Positions 21,801-29,600 of a stretch of 64,000 nt of DNA are shown piece by piece. Source of the DNA: Methanobacteriota archaeon (lineage in GTDB: Archaea > Thermoplasmatota > Poseidoniia > Poseidoniales > Thalassarchaeaceae); the NCBI GenBank assembly GCA_019654055.1, contig BPDA01000004.1:1097-65096 (forward strand), written 5' to 3'. A program made the position numbers and the translations under genes. The notes under the pieces were generated by a model. It was not told the DNA's origin. It was given only the letters and a program-made list of their open reading frames with translations, and made no database searches. Position 1 is the first letter of the stretch, and the number at the start of each line of letters is the position of its first letter.

Positions 21801-23179
21801 AGGTGACTTCGACCTACACGTTCACCGTGTGGGCCTCGGACTCCGACTTCTGCGAGGGCTTCGTCGACGAGTGCGAGCCCGTGGAGCTTACCCTAACCAT
21901 AGACAACTCGAACAGCGCCCCGTTCATCAGCGTCATCGCCCCGTACGATGGCCAGAGGCTGCCGGTCTCGGAAGAGACCGTGTTCGAGGGGGTAGCCCGG
22001 GACAACGACGGCTCGGTATCGAGAGTGGACTTCGAGATCAAGGACGTCGCCAACAACTACCTGCTGGTGCTGTCAGACTCGATTACCGACTTCGCACCTA
22101 ACGGGGCTTGGTCCATGGAGTGGGACTCGACCAACCTCATGCACGACATGCAGTACCTCGTACGCTTCCGCTCTTACGACGGTTATGACTACAGTGAATG
22201 GGTGGAAGTCGTCATCGTCGCTGACAACCCCCCTGACGCGGGCAACAGCCAGCCTACCTTCGACTCGACGGGATGGTTCGGTGAAATCACCCTCTTCTGC
22301 GAGACCGAGTCGCAGTCTCAGGACCGTTGTACGAGGGGAGAAATAGACCTGCTCGATTACTTCGACGACATTGACCCCGGCCAGGAACTTATCCTGTCTG
22401 TTTACGACGACGAGTCGACCACAGGGGACGACCACTTTGGCATAGTGATCAATGTCGCGATGAGCGGCGTGGCCACCTACAACCCAGTGTCGATGTTCTT
22501 CTACGACACCGACATGGCGACTTGGACTCTCGAGAACGTCGTCTTCGTCGCGACCGACACCTACGGCTCCAAGATAAATTCCAATCCGGTTACCTTCACC
22601 GTTGTCGGCATCCAGTTCGTTATTACCCCGCCCGAGCAGACCACCATCCCAGAGGACGGCCGGGCCATCTTCACCGGGGTCGGCCTGCCCGGTAAGACCG
22701 TCAGCGTCACCATCGCCGGCAACACCGTGAATAACACCGTAGTCGGTGAGGACTCTACGTGGTCGCTGGGAGTACCCGCCTCAAGGGTAGATGGGACGGC
22801 AACTCCCGTATTCAAGTACGGCGGAAACGATTTCGAGAGCGCCAGCATCACCGTGTCCGACTCCGCTGGAGATGGCATGGGATTTGGCTCGATTATCGTC
22901 ATACTATTGGTTGCCATAGCCGTCATTGGCGCACTGGTATACTTCTTCGTCGAGTTCGAGGAGGAGGAGGACGAGCAGTTGGACGGCACCTCCGAGGCCA
23001 AGCAGGAGAGCTCGGAGGAGGATGAAGACGACTACGCTTGGGCCAAGGAGGCCGGGATCGCGCAGGACGACGAGCCGGAACCGAAGTCTCGACTGCAGAG
23101 GCACGACGACCATCCTGGGTGGTTGTGGGACCCCGATAATCAGGAATGGGTCCCTGACCCCGAGCACTCTGACGCTTGA
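18857..23179 (+). CDS. Giant (1440 aa) surface protein: signal peptide, parallel beta-helix (PbH1-like) repeats, Ig-like domains, C-terminal TM anchor, long acidic cytoplasmic tail
   Basis: Signal peptide MLMLTSLFVALVGPAAPVSA. Beta-helix-type repeats: NSVFTVNCNGIDINS, IANEIETGDGAPITVFQGG, AENNTIHGIAREP, MYDNTINVP..DGIRAVGALLDIQRNTF. A DxDxDG-type loop (DGIDNDGDLTVDSDDEDC). TM FGSIIVILLVAIAVIGALVYFFV, then EFEEEEDEQ...EDEDDYAWAKE...HPGWLWDPDNQEWVPDPE. Confidence 0.8.
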   Translation: MANARRMRSHLLVMLMLTSLFVALVGPAAPVSANNETTSGTISGTETWSGTHTLSGDVVIASGAKLIIQPGTLVIFPNGTHLDVRGNLCAGVSSCGASTNSNSASKITMRWTDPANGSATGECYGMSYGNQQIWVRDPSCYEGVLIRNSIDLSQTGLRHITIDGAWGIPYYIPTVYQWRYGAMVIDGAAPVLTEIEFTDINTTSLLTTNLAQPHLMGGEFTVGTDDESNVRGSAIQIYGSGTPVTPLILDSPEFIGTNVGCSRQAPSRPAVWAEDTFIEVDDASLSGDYGISMRHSAGIISNSVFTVNCNGIDINSRKSVSNVDYSIEVIANEIETGDGAPITVFQGGLANIVANDMEGAAESSGIAIESSEVTIYNNDIGPVGGWNGLWLLGSFDVVAENNTIHGIAREPVRAGEYGSSAPAPSASRIYLANNTISSDGSGVCSETKYDDWGGDFTCPVVHAYRAGVSMYDNTINVPATSDADGIRAVGALLDIQRNTFNIPGTGAIVTNYDDGFAGSQQYGTLGFFSQNTWSGVGMTYNVSNSAITVQSEYIPSPPPGEYPVQLVWSSQEAWPANQFQTSIVPTFVKECPNCDDFTPRGFPLAVNMDNNSTTFTFANLSNLDRTKIHIETQPTPYAVQVRRAEMVRFQTLVEGERVQDTNVLIEDALGNDLYSLYTDNDGYTPWFALPSDFHLDIRGLGGGDNPDGFADDEYEDSCFDGIDNDGDLTVDSDDEDCDHLAGTRELSRYYYTAYKFGSGYARSDFTLSDTTLQDTVNLVNQAPTVYITQSDGHSYRRVVNLSGSAHDGQLAGIYATDELAQWDQGGYVHEVQIRDPFTSEWSSAGLAVDTSGMAEGQVTKANRPFSSWYYEIDMSNREEGDYVFEFRAFDGIDYSPIIYRTVKLNVQAPTISVTSPSSFSTHSEGTVTFEGTAFDHYGCPIQCSSDIQDIYFHIEGPNFDVTTPAEGGPDWSWTWDFSGLPKVTSTYTFTVWASDSDFCEGFVDECEPVELTLTIDNSNSAPFISVIAPYDGQRLPVSEETVFEGVARDNDGSVSRVDFEIKDVANNYLLVLSDSITDFAPNGAWSMEWDSTNLMHDMQYLVRFRSYDGYDYSEWVEVVIVADNPPDAGNSQPTFDSTGWFGEITLFCETESQSQDRCTRGEIDLLDYFDDIDPGQELILSVYDDESTTGDDHFGIVINVAMSGVATYNPVSMFFYDTDMATWTLENVVFVATDTYGSKINSNPVTFTVVGIQFVITPPEQTTIPEDGRAIFTGVGLPGKTVSVTIAGNTVNNTVVGEDSTWSLGVPASRVDGTATPVFKYGGNDFESASITVSDSAGDGMGFGSIIVILLVAIAVIGALVYFFVEFEEEEDEQLDGTSEAKQESSEEDEDDYAWAKEAGIAQDDEPEPKSRLQRHDDHPGWLWDPDNQEWVPDPEHSDA

Positions 23180-23206
23180 ATCAACGTCACTCGCCGCTCG
23201 CTAACA

Positions 23207-23232
23207 TTCTTGAGTGGACCATCGCGCTCACA
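23207..23232 (+). promoter_or_regulatory. Candidate shared intergenic motif, copy A (TTCTTGAGTGGA-CCA-N3-CGCTC)
   Basis: The 12-mer TTCTTGAGTGGA at 23207-23218 is identical to 32477-32488. It lies 28 nt after the stop of the 1440-aa gene and 28 nt before the probable ATG (23246) of the STAND regulator. Confidence 0.25.
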
Positions 23233-25762
23233 GGGTGTGACCACCATGACAGTCCCCCGTCCGGGGGTTCAGGAGCGCATACTGCTGCATCTGAGAGACT
23301 ATGTCGACCACGCCGACAAGGTCGAGGTCCCATTCGCTCTCTCACAGATGGGCATCGCCAACGCAGTCGCCATCGCCCGCTCGAATGTGCCAAGGGCGAT
23401 TGCCGGGATGAGGGAGCAGGGGCACCTGATAGAGAGGCAGGCCCATGTCACAGGGGTGTCACGTAAGAGGAAGGCGTACTTCCTGACCGAGGACGGCGCC
23501 AAGATCGCTGACGACATCTGGACTAAGGTCAGCACCCAACCGGTCCGCCTGGTCCACCCCGACGGCCGCTCCGAGACCCTAGAGCTGGCTCAGGCGCTGC
23601 AGTCAACCGACCTGCCCCTGCGCCATGTTGATTTTCTGAGGTACATCGATGACACTGGAACCGTCGACCTCTCTACCCTGTCTGCCGAGCTGATCGAGAG
23701 AGACCTCTCAAAGCACATCGAGAAGCAACTAGTCACCTCACTGAATGACCTCCCGAGGATAAGGAGATTCTTCGGTAGAGAAGCCGAGATAGACAGCATG
23801 GTCGCGCTGCTGGAGGATCATTCCAGCTCGATACTGGTACCGGGCATAGCCGGCATAGGGAAGACGGCGCTGGCCGGCAAGCTGCTGGAGAGATTCACCC
23901 ATAGGAGGAACCTGCTGTACCACAGGTGTCAGGACTGGGAAGGCTCGCGTGCGTTCTTCGAGGCCACTTCGGAATGGCTCTCCGCGTTGGGTCATAACGA
24001 CCTTTCGGACTATCTAGCGGTAACCCCCGTTCCGCAGGCTTCGATGACCGTCAATCTGATTGTCGAGGGGTTGCAGGACTCCCCTGCGTTGATTGTCGTC
24101 GATGACCTGCACAAGGTAGGAGACGAGGCCCTAATCTCGGCTCTGAGGGCCCTGACTCTGAAGATTTCAGAGCTTGACAGCGTCGGCATCGTCATGTTCT
24201 CCCGCTCTTTCAGGATGGTGGTCCCGGAGGAGGACTCCTCAGGCAGGATAGTCACCCTAGTGATGCCCCTAGAGGGGCTCGACCAAGATTCGAGCCGTCA
24301 GATCCTAACTGCTATGCCAAATCTGGAGATGACCCAGTTCTTGCATATCTACACCCTCTCGAGGGGGCACCCGCTGGTGTTGGAGCTGATTAACAGGGGA
24401 AGCGTCGGCGATACCTTCCACGCCACTTTGGAGGCGTTCGTGGAGCAGGAGATTTTCAGTCGCCTGTCCGGACCTGAGAAGCGCCTCCTAGGTGCTATCG
24501 CCGTGTTCAGGGAGCCGATGCCGCTGGAGGCCATCAGCGACATCGAGGCCGAGACCGACCTTCTCGATGGATTGGTCGAGAAAGGCCTCGCTCGACAGGC
24601 CGACAGCGAGAACTACGACGTCCACGACCTAGTCCGTGAGTTCCTGACTCGCTCCATGGACGAGTCACTGCGCCAAGAGCTGCACTCGAATGCCAAGGCG
24701 TGGTACCGCACTCGTCATGGGGCCGCAGCAGAGCGCATTGAGTACATACACCATCTCAACGAGTCTGGCGACATCGAGGGTCTCGCAGAGGTCCTCTCCT
24801 CAGAGGGCCACGGACTAGTCAACGCAGGTCACACCGAGTTGCTCGGAATACTCAGGGCCCTCGACGGTCAGAGCTTCGACCCCGAGAGCTGGTGCGTCAT
24901 CAGGGAGCTGCGGGGGGACATTCTGTCGATTCAGGGCCGCTGGGACGAGGCCGAGAACGAGTACGAGGCCGCCATCCCGTTGGCTCGCAAGCACAAGATG
25001 GGTCACGAGCTGGCGAGGCTGTTGTCCGCGAGGGCCGACATCGCGGTCAAGCGCGGTGCGATGGACGACGCGCTCGAGATGCACCGCAAGTCACTGGAGA
25101 TTCAGATTTCCATGAGGGACGCCGCCGGTGCGGCCCGGTCCTACAACAACATGGGATACATCTACAGGCGAAGGGGTGACAACCGACGCGCCTTGGAGGT
25201 GTACGGGAATGTGGAGGGCCTGCTTGATGCCGAGAGCGACCCGGAACTGTGTGACGCCAGGATTCGCCTTGCCTCGGCCTTCTTGGAGATGGGCGAGATG
25301 GATCGGGCCGGGGACCACGCGATGAAGGCGTTCGAGGAGTCCGAAGAGCAGACGGACATAGTTCACGCTCGGGCGAGGGCGGTGCTCGGGAGATACTACG
25401 CGCGCGCCAAGGAGAACGAACTGGCCATGCAGTACTACTCGGAAGCATTGGAGATTCTGTCAGACCAGGCCGACCCCGGCAGTGCCGTCGAGGTCGCGAT
25501 GCTGCTCGGACAGGTCCTGAGCGACGCTGGGCGCAGAGAGGAGGCAGCGGAGCACTACATGGACGCGCTCCTGCTGGCCGAGGCCAACGACTTCAGGATG
25601 CTGCAGGGCGAGCTTCTAGCACGTCTGGGAGAGGTGGAGAGCGACCGCTCGCAGAAGGTGGAGTACCTGCAACGCTCGCTGACCGTGTTCAGGGAGCTTG
25701 GCGCCGTCGATAGGATGAGAGAGGTCCAGACTTCGGTTCACAGGGCAGTGATGGGCAACTAG
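23210..25762 (+). CDS. STAND-class P-loop NTPase (NB-ARC/MalT-like) with N-terminal winged-helix DNA-binding domain and C-terminal TPR array; putative signal-sensing transcription regulator
   Basis: Probable start is the ATG at 23246. wHTH-like N-terminus (ILLHLRDY...LSQMGIANAVAIARSNVPRAIAGMREQGHLIERQ...KRKAYFLTEDGAKIA). Walker A VPGIAGIGKTALAGKL. Walker B PALIVVDDLHKV. The C-terminal ~350 aa form TPR-like repeats (ARSYNNMGYIYRRRGDNRRALEVY, ALEILSDQADPGSAVEVAMLLGQVL...). Confidence 0.8.
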   Translation: MSGPSRSQGVTTMTVPRPGVQERILLHLRDYVDHADKVEVPFALSQMGIANAVAIARSNVPRAIAGMREQGHLIERQAHVTGVSRKRKAYFLTEDGAKIADDIWTKVSTQPVRLVHPDGRSETLELAQALQSTDLPLRHVDFLRYIDDTGTVDLSTLSAELIERDLSKHIEKQLVTSLNDLPRIRRFFGREAEIDSMVALLEDHSSSILVPGIAGIGKTALAGKLLERFTHRRNLLYHRCQDWEGSRAFFEATSEWLSALGHNDLSDYLAVTPVPQASMTVNLIVEGLQDSPALIVVDDLHKVGDEALISALRALTLKISELDSVGIVMFSRSFRMVVPEEDSSGRIVTLVMPLEGLDQDSSRQILTAMPNLEMTQFLHIYTLSRGHPLVLELINRGSVGDTFHATLEAFVEQEIFSRLSGPEKRLLGAIAVFREPMPLEAISDIEAETDLLDGLVEKGLARQADSENYDVHDLVREFLTRSMDESLRQELHSNAKAWYRTRHGAAAERIEYIHHLNESGDIEGLAEVLSSEGHGLVNAGHTELLGILRALDGQSFDPESWCVIRELRGDILSIQGRWDEAENEYEAAIPLARKHKMGHELARLLSARADIAVKRGAMDDALEMHRKSLEIQISMRDAAGAARSYNNMGYIYRRRGDNRRALEVYGNVEGLLDAESDPELCDARIRLASAFLEMGEMDRAGDHAMKAFEESEEQTDIVHARARAVLGRYYARAKENELAMQYYSEALEILSDQADPGSAVEVAMLLGQVLSDAGRREEAAEHYMDALLLAEANDFRMLQGELLARLGEVESDRSQKVEYLQRSLTVFRELGAVDRMREVQTSVHRAVMGN

Positions 25763-26595
25763 GTCAGGCTGCCGACCCTCTCGGGCTCACCTTGGCCCAG
25801 CCAGTTGCTGAACTCCGGACCATCCTGCTTTGAAATTGAGATGCTGCCCGAGTATTCCTCGCCGATCTGCAACAGGACCTCGCTCTCAGCGAGATGGGGA
25901 GCATTGTTCTTCTCAGAGAGGTGGCATAGCACGATGCTCTCCAACTCGTCTGTGAGTGCCTCGGCTAGAATCAGTGCGGTCTGGGAGTTCGACAGGTGCC
26001 CTCCTCTGCCTGAGATTCTCCTCTTGAGCGATTCAGGGTACGGTCCTGCCATTAGTCGCTTGCTGTCGTAGTTGGCCTCGATTGAGATATGGCTGCACCC
26101 AATCAGGTGCTTGTTCAGCTCCACGGTGGATTCCCCAAGGTCAGTTACGATGGCAGCCCTGCGACCATCGCCGTTGGTGGCGATGACTGCGACGTTGTCA
26201 GCATCATCGTGCGGTACCGGTATGGGCAGGAGGCTGAGGTCATCCGAGATGCCAATCCTGTCTAGGCCGCCAAAGGTCCTGCACTCGGACATCGGCTGCC
26301 AACCCATTTTGGTTGCAGTCTCGAGATTGGCGTGCAGGGTCGCCTCCCACTTCTCCGATGCGCGCTTGGCAGTCCTAGAGTGGTCGGAGTGGTGATGGGT
26401 CACGAGAATCGCGTCAATTGATTGCGGCTCGACGCCCACTAGGTGCAACCTACTCTCCATCTGACGAAGCGAGAACCCGCAATCCACTATGACCCGGGTC
26501 CCTCCGGAGCACAGGAGCGTCGAGTTCCCCCTGCTGCCCGAACCGAGATGCGTAATCCTCATGCCCATCGCAATCGGGGCAGTTCGGCCGAGCAC
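25759..26595 (-). CDS. Metallo-beta-lactamase-fold hydrolase
   Basis: HxHxDH motif (ILVTHHHSDHSRT) and an MRITHLGSGSRGNSTLL start typical of the fold. The probable start is the ATG at 26562. Its stop overlaps the stop of the convergent STAND gene in the palindrome CTAG (25759-25762). Confidence 0.8.
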   Translation of the reverse strand: MLGRTAPIAMGMRITHLGSGSRGNSTLLCSGGTRVIVDCGFSLRQMESRLHLVGVEPQSIDAILVTHHHSDHSRTAKRASEKWEATLHANLETATKMGWQPMSECRTFGGLDRIGISDDLSLLPIPVPHDDADNVAVIATNGDGRRAAIVTDLGESTVELNKHLIGCSHISIEANYDSKRLMAGPYPESLKRRISGRGGHLSNSQTALILAEALTDELESIVLCHLSEKNNAPHLAESEVLLQIGEEYSGSISISKQDGPEFSNWLGQGEPERVGSLT

Positions 26596-26637
26596 CCCCC
26601 TTGAAGGAATCCATCGGACTCGCTAGGTCAGGGCGAT

Positions 26638-29600
26638 TTGACGCTGACGACGGCTACGCCGTCGCCCTCGACACTCCCGGACGCGTCCGAACGACGCTCC
26701 ACCATCATCATAAGTCAGCCAACGGCGCTGAAAACAGCATACAGAGGTAACACCATGCGCCGCAAGCAGACAGCGTTACTGATTACGATACTGCTTCTGA
26801 GCAGTCTCGCTTTCATCTCGCAGACCCGCCCCCAGTCTTCGGTCTCCTCGACTGATCCGATAACGGCCGACAGAGGGGGCCCTCCCGTCACCGATGAGGA
26901 TGGCGACCGCATTCCAGACCTCCACGAGTCGATTTTCGGTAACGTCAGGTTCGTCGAGAGCAGTACGGGAGTGGTCTCGGTCAACGGACTGAACCCCATG
27001 AACGCCACCGACAACATGTCTGATCACGACAACGACGGGGCCAGCGCGCTGCTCGAGTTCTGCTGGCCTTACACCCTCGACACCTGCTTCGACCGGCTCT
27101 CTCTCACCGGCAAGCCGCCCCAGTTCACCGAATCCGGATTGAGGGAGTACCTCGATCCAAGGGTCGCCGATACAGATGGGGACGGCCTTCCCGACGGGTA
27201 CGAGATCTACATGTGCACCGAGGGCGGGCTTGGCTACCAGAACGCAACCAACTCATGGCAGTGCCTCTGGTTCGACCCGCTCGACCCCTCCGACTCCATC
27301 GAGGACATTGACAAGTGCGATGACTTCAGCTTCGGCTGCGGCGACGGCTTCGACGTCGATAGAGACGGCGATATTGACATCGGCGAGCGCTACACCAACT
27401 CGGAGGAGTACCTGTATGGCACCCCCGACGACTGGCTCACCGAGCGTGACGGCCTGTGGTGTGCTGGCGAGATTCCCGGGCTCTCTGATGACTCCTGCCA
27501 GACCGAGGTCGCCAGAGCCACCGGAGACAGCGGCTGGCTCGGCAGCGATCCTACCGAACCGGACTCCGACTATTACACCTGGTCGGAGGTGATAGCGGTG
27601 GGCCTAGCTGTCCCTGGGGACGGAATCCCTGACGGATGGGAGGTCCACTACGGTCTGGACCCACGCAACTCCAGCGACGCCATAATGGACACCGACATGG
27701 ACGGATGGGACTTGGACAGGGACGGTTTCATCATCCCCGACATCTCCACTTCGACAGCTCACTGGGGCGAGGCGTTCAGCAATTACGAGGAGTACATGAT
27801 TCACCATGACGACGGTGCATGGGTCACTCCAGGACTGAGGGGGGCCTCGTTCTCAGACGGCGAGTCCGAGACCTCTTCATTCGACCAGAGCACGAGTCCC
27901 GGGCTGGTCGATGGCGCCGTGCACACGGTTCTGGCTGACTCTGCTAGGGACAGGCTGCTGGTCGGGTCTAGGTATGGCATCTCGGTGATAGACCCGTTCG
28001 GAGGCACTGCTTCCCTCCACGAGCTTCCCTCTGGGATGGAAATACACACCATGGTCAGATGGTCGCCGAATGACTCAGACTTCCTCATCATCGGCTCCAA
28101 CAGAGGGCTACACACTATCTCTCTCGAGAACGGATTGCCTCAGATGGATTCGATGTCCGAGTCGGATTTGGGCCCGGTCGAATCAATCTACCCGCTCGAT
28201 ACCGGAAGCGGTGATTTGGACCTCATTCTGTTCGGCAATCGCTCTGCTTGGACGGCAACGATAGCAGTTCAGGGCGACGGTGCCGAGGCCAGCGTCGGCG
28301 AGGCGGTGCTCAGTGGAGCGATGACGGACATGCTGGTTGACTCCGAGGCCGATGTGCTCAGCGCCGTGCATGTACCTATGTTCGGCAGGGGTCCGCTACT
28401 GCTGATTGGCACCAATGCCGGGATGATTGCCTGGAACACCACCGACGGCTCCACCTCGATTGGAGACCCCTGGTGGGTATTTGACCGAGAGAACGCCGAG
28501 GACTTCGTGCAGAGGGCAGATCTACTGAACGTGACCAAGTCAGCGGTAGTCAACGCATTGGTCGTCGCCGGCCCCCTCGACGCATTGGGTGGGGTCGAGG
28601 AGGTCACCGGAGTATGGGTCGGGACCGCTGGAGGTCTGCACCTGCTGAACCTCCAACTCCTAGTGCAGATGCCTCGAACAGCGTTCGACTCGGACAGGAT
28701 GTACAACCTCGAGAGGTGGGCCGAGGGGGCCAATGACGTCCGCTCCATACTGCCGATGGACGATAACAAGGTACTGATTGGTTCACGAGATGGTACGTGG
28801 TGCCTCGAGGGCGACCACTCTGGAATCCTCGGACTATACCTCAATCAGACGAGAATACCCGGTCTGGTGACGTCCCTTACTACTCTCGAGTATGGCAGCA
28901 GCCTGTGGATTTTCGCGGGTATCTCACCGGGTCGATACATGAACATCATGCCAATAGATCCCACCTCGAAGGACTCGGACTTAGACGGGATGCCAGACGG
29001 GTGGGAGTTCATCTACGGCCTCGACCCCACCGATCCGTATGACAGGTACAGGGACGCCGATGCCGATGGAGTCCACTTTTCCACTTCGGACGGCTTCGAG
29101 TTCGACCGCGACTGGACGAACCTCGACGAGTACAGATTCGTATCAGTCACGGAGGGCGGATTCAACGGCACCGACCCACGTGACATTGACACCGACGGCG
29201 ACGGCCTGACCGACGGCGAGGAGTACTGGGGGTGGTTCGCAGAGTCGACCAACTTCGACTGCCACTACCTCAACGACGAGTACCTGTGCGACGAGGAGAC
29301 GGGCGAGCTCGCCGAGCAGGTCCACCTCGAAGGATGGCTAGGGTCGGGTGCCGGAGGAGGCACTGACGGCCCTACTGACCCCACCAACCCAGATACGGAC
29401 GGCGACGGTATGCCCGACGGCTGGGAGATGAAGCATCGCAGGTGGGTCGGCGACGTCTACAATGGAGGCAACCTCTGGACACTCGACCCGCGCGACCCCT
29501 CGGACAAGGACGGGGACGCTGACGGCGATGGCCTGAGCAATCTGTGCGAGTACATGTGGGGTAACCTGCTGGAGAATGTGCTCCGTGAGGGCCTAGCGTC

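Noticed and set aside
23210-26595. STAND NTPase plus MBL-fold hydrolase as an Avs-like antiviral defence pair.
   Set aside because: The two genes are convergent rather than co-transcribed. The STAND N-terminal domain is a winged helix rather than a nuclease, protease or other effector. The MBL protein looks like a generic housekeeping hydrolase. It is retained only as a regulator hypothesis.
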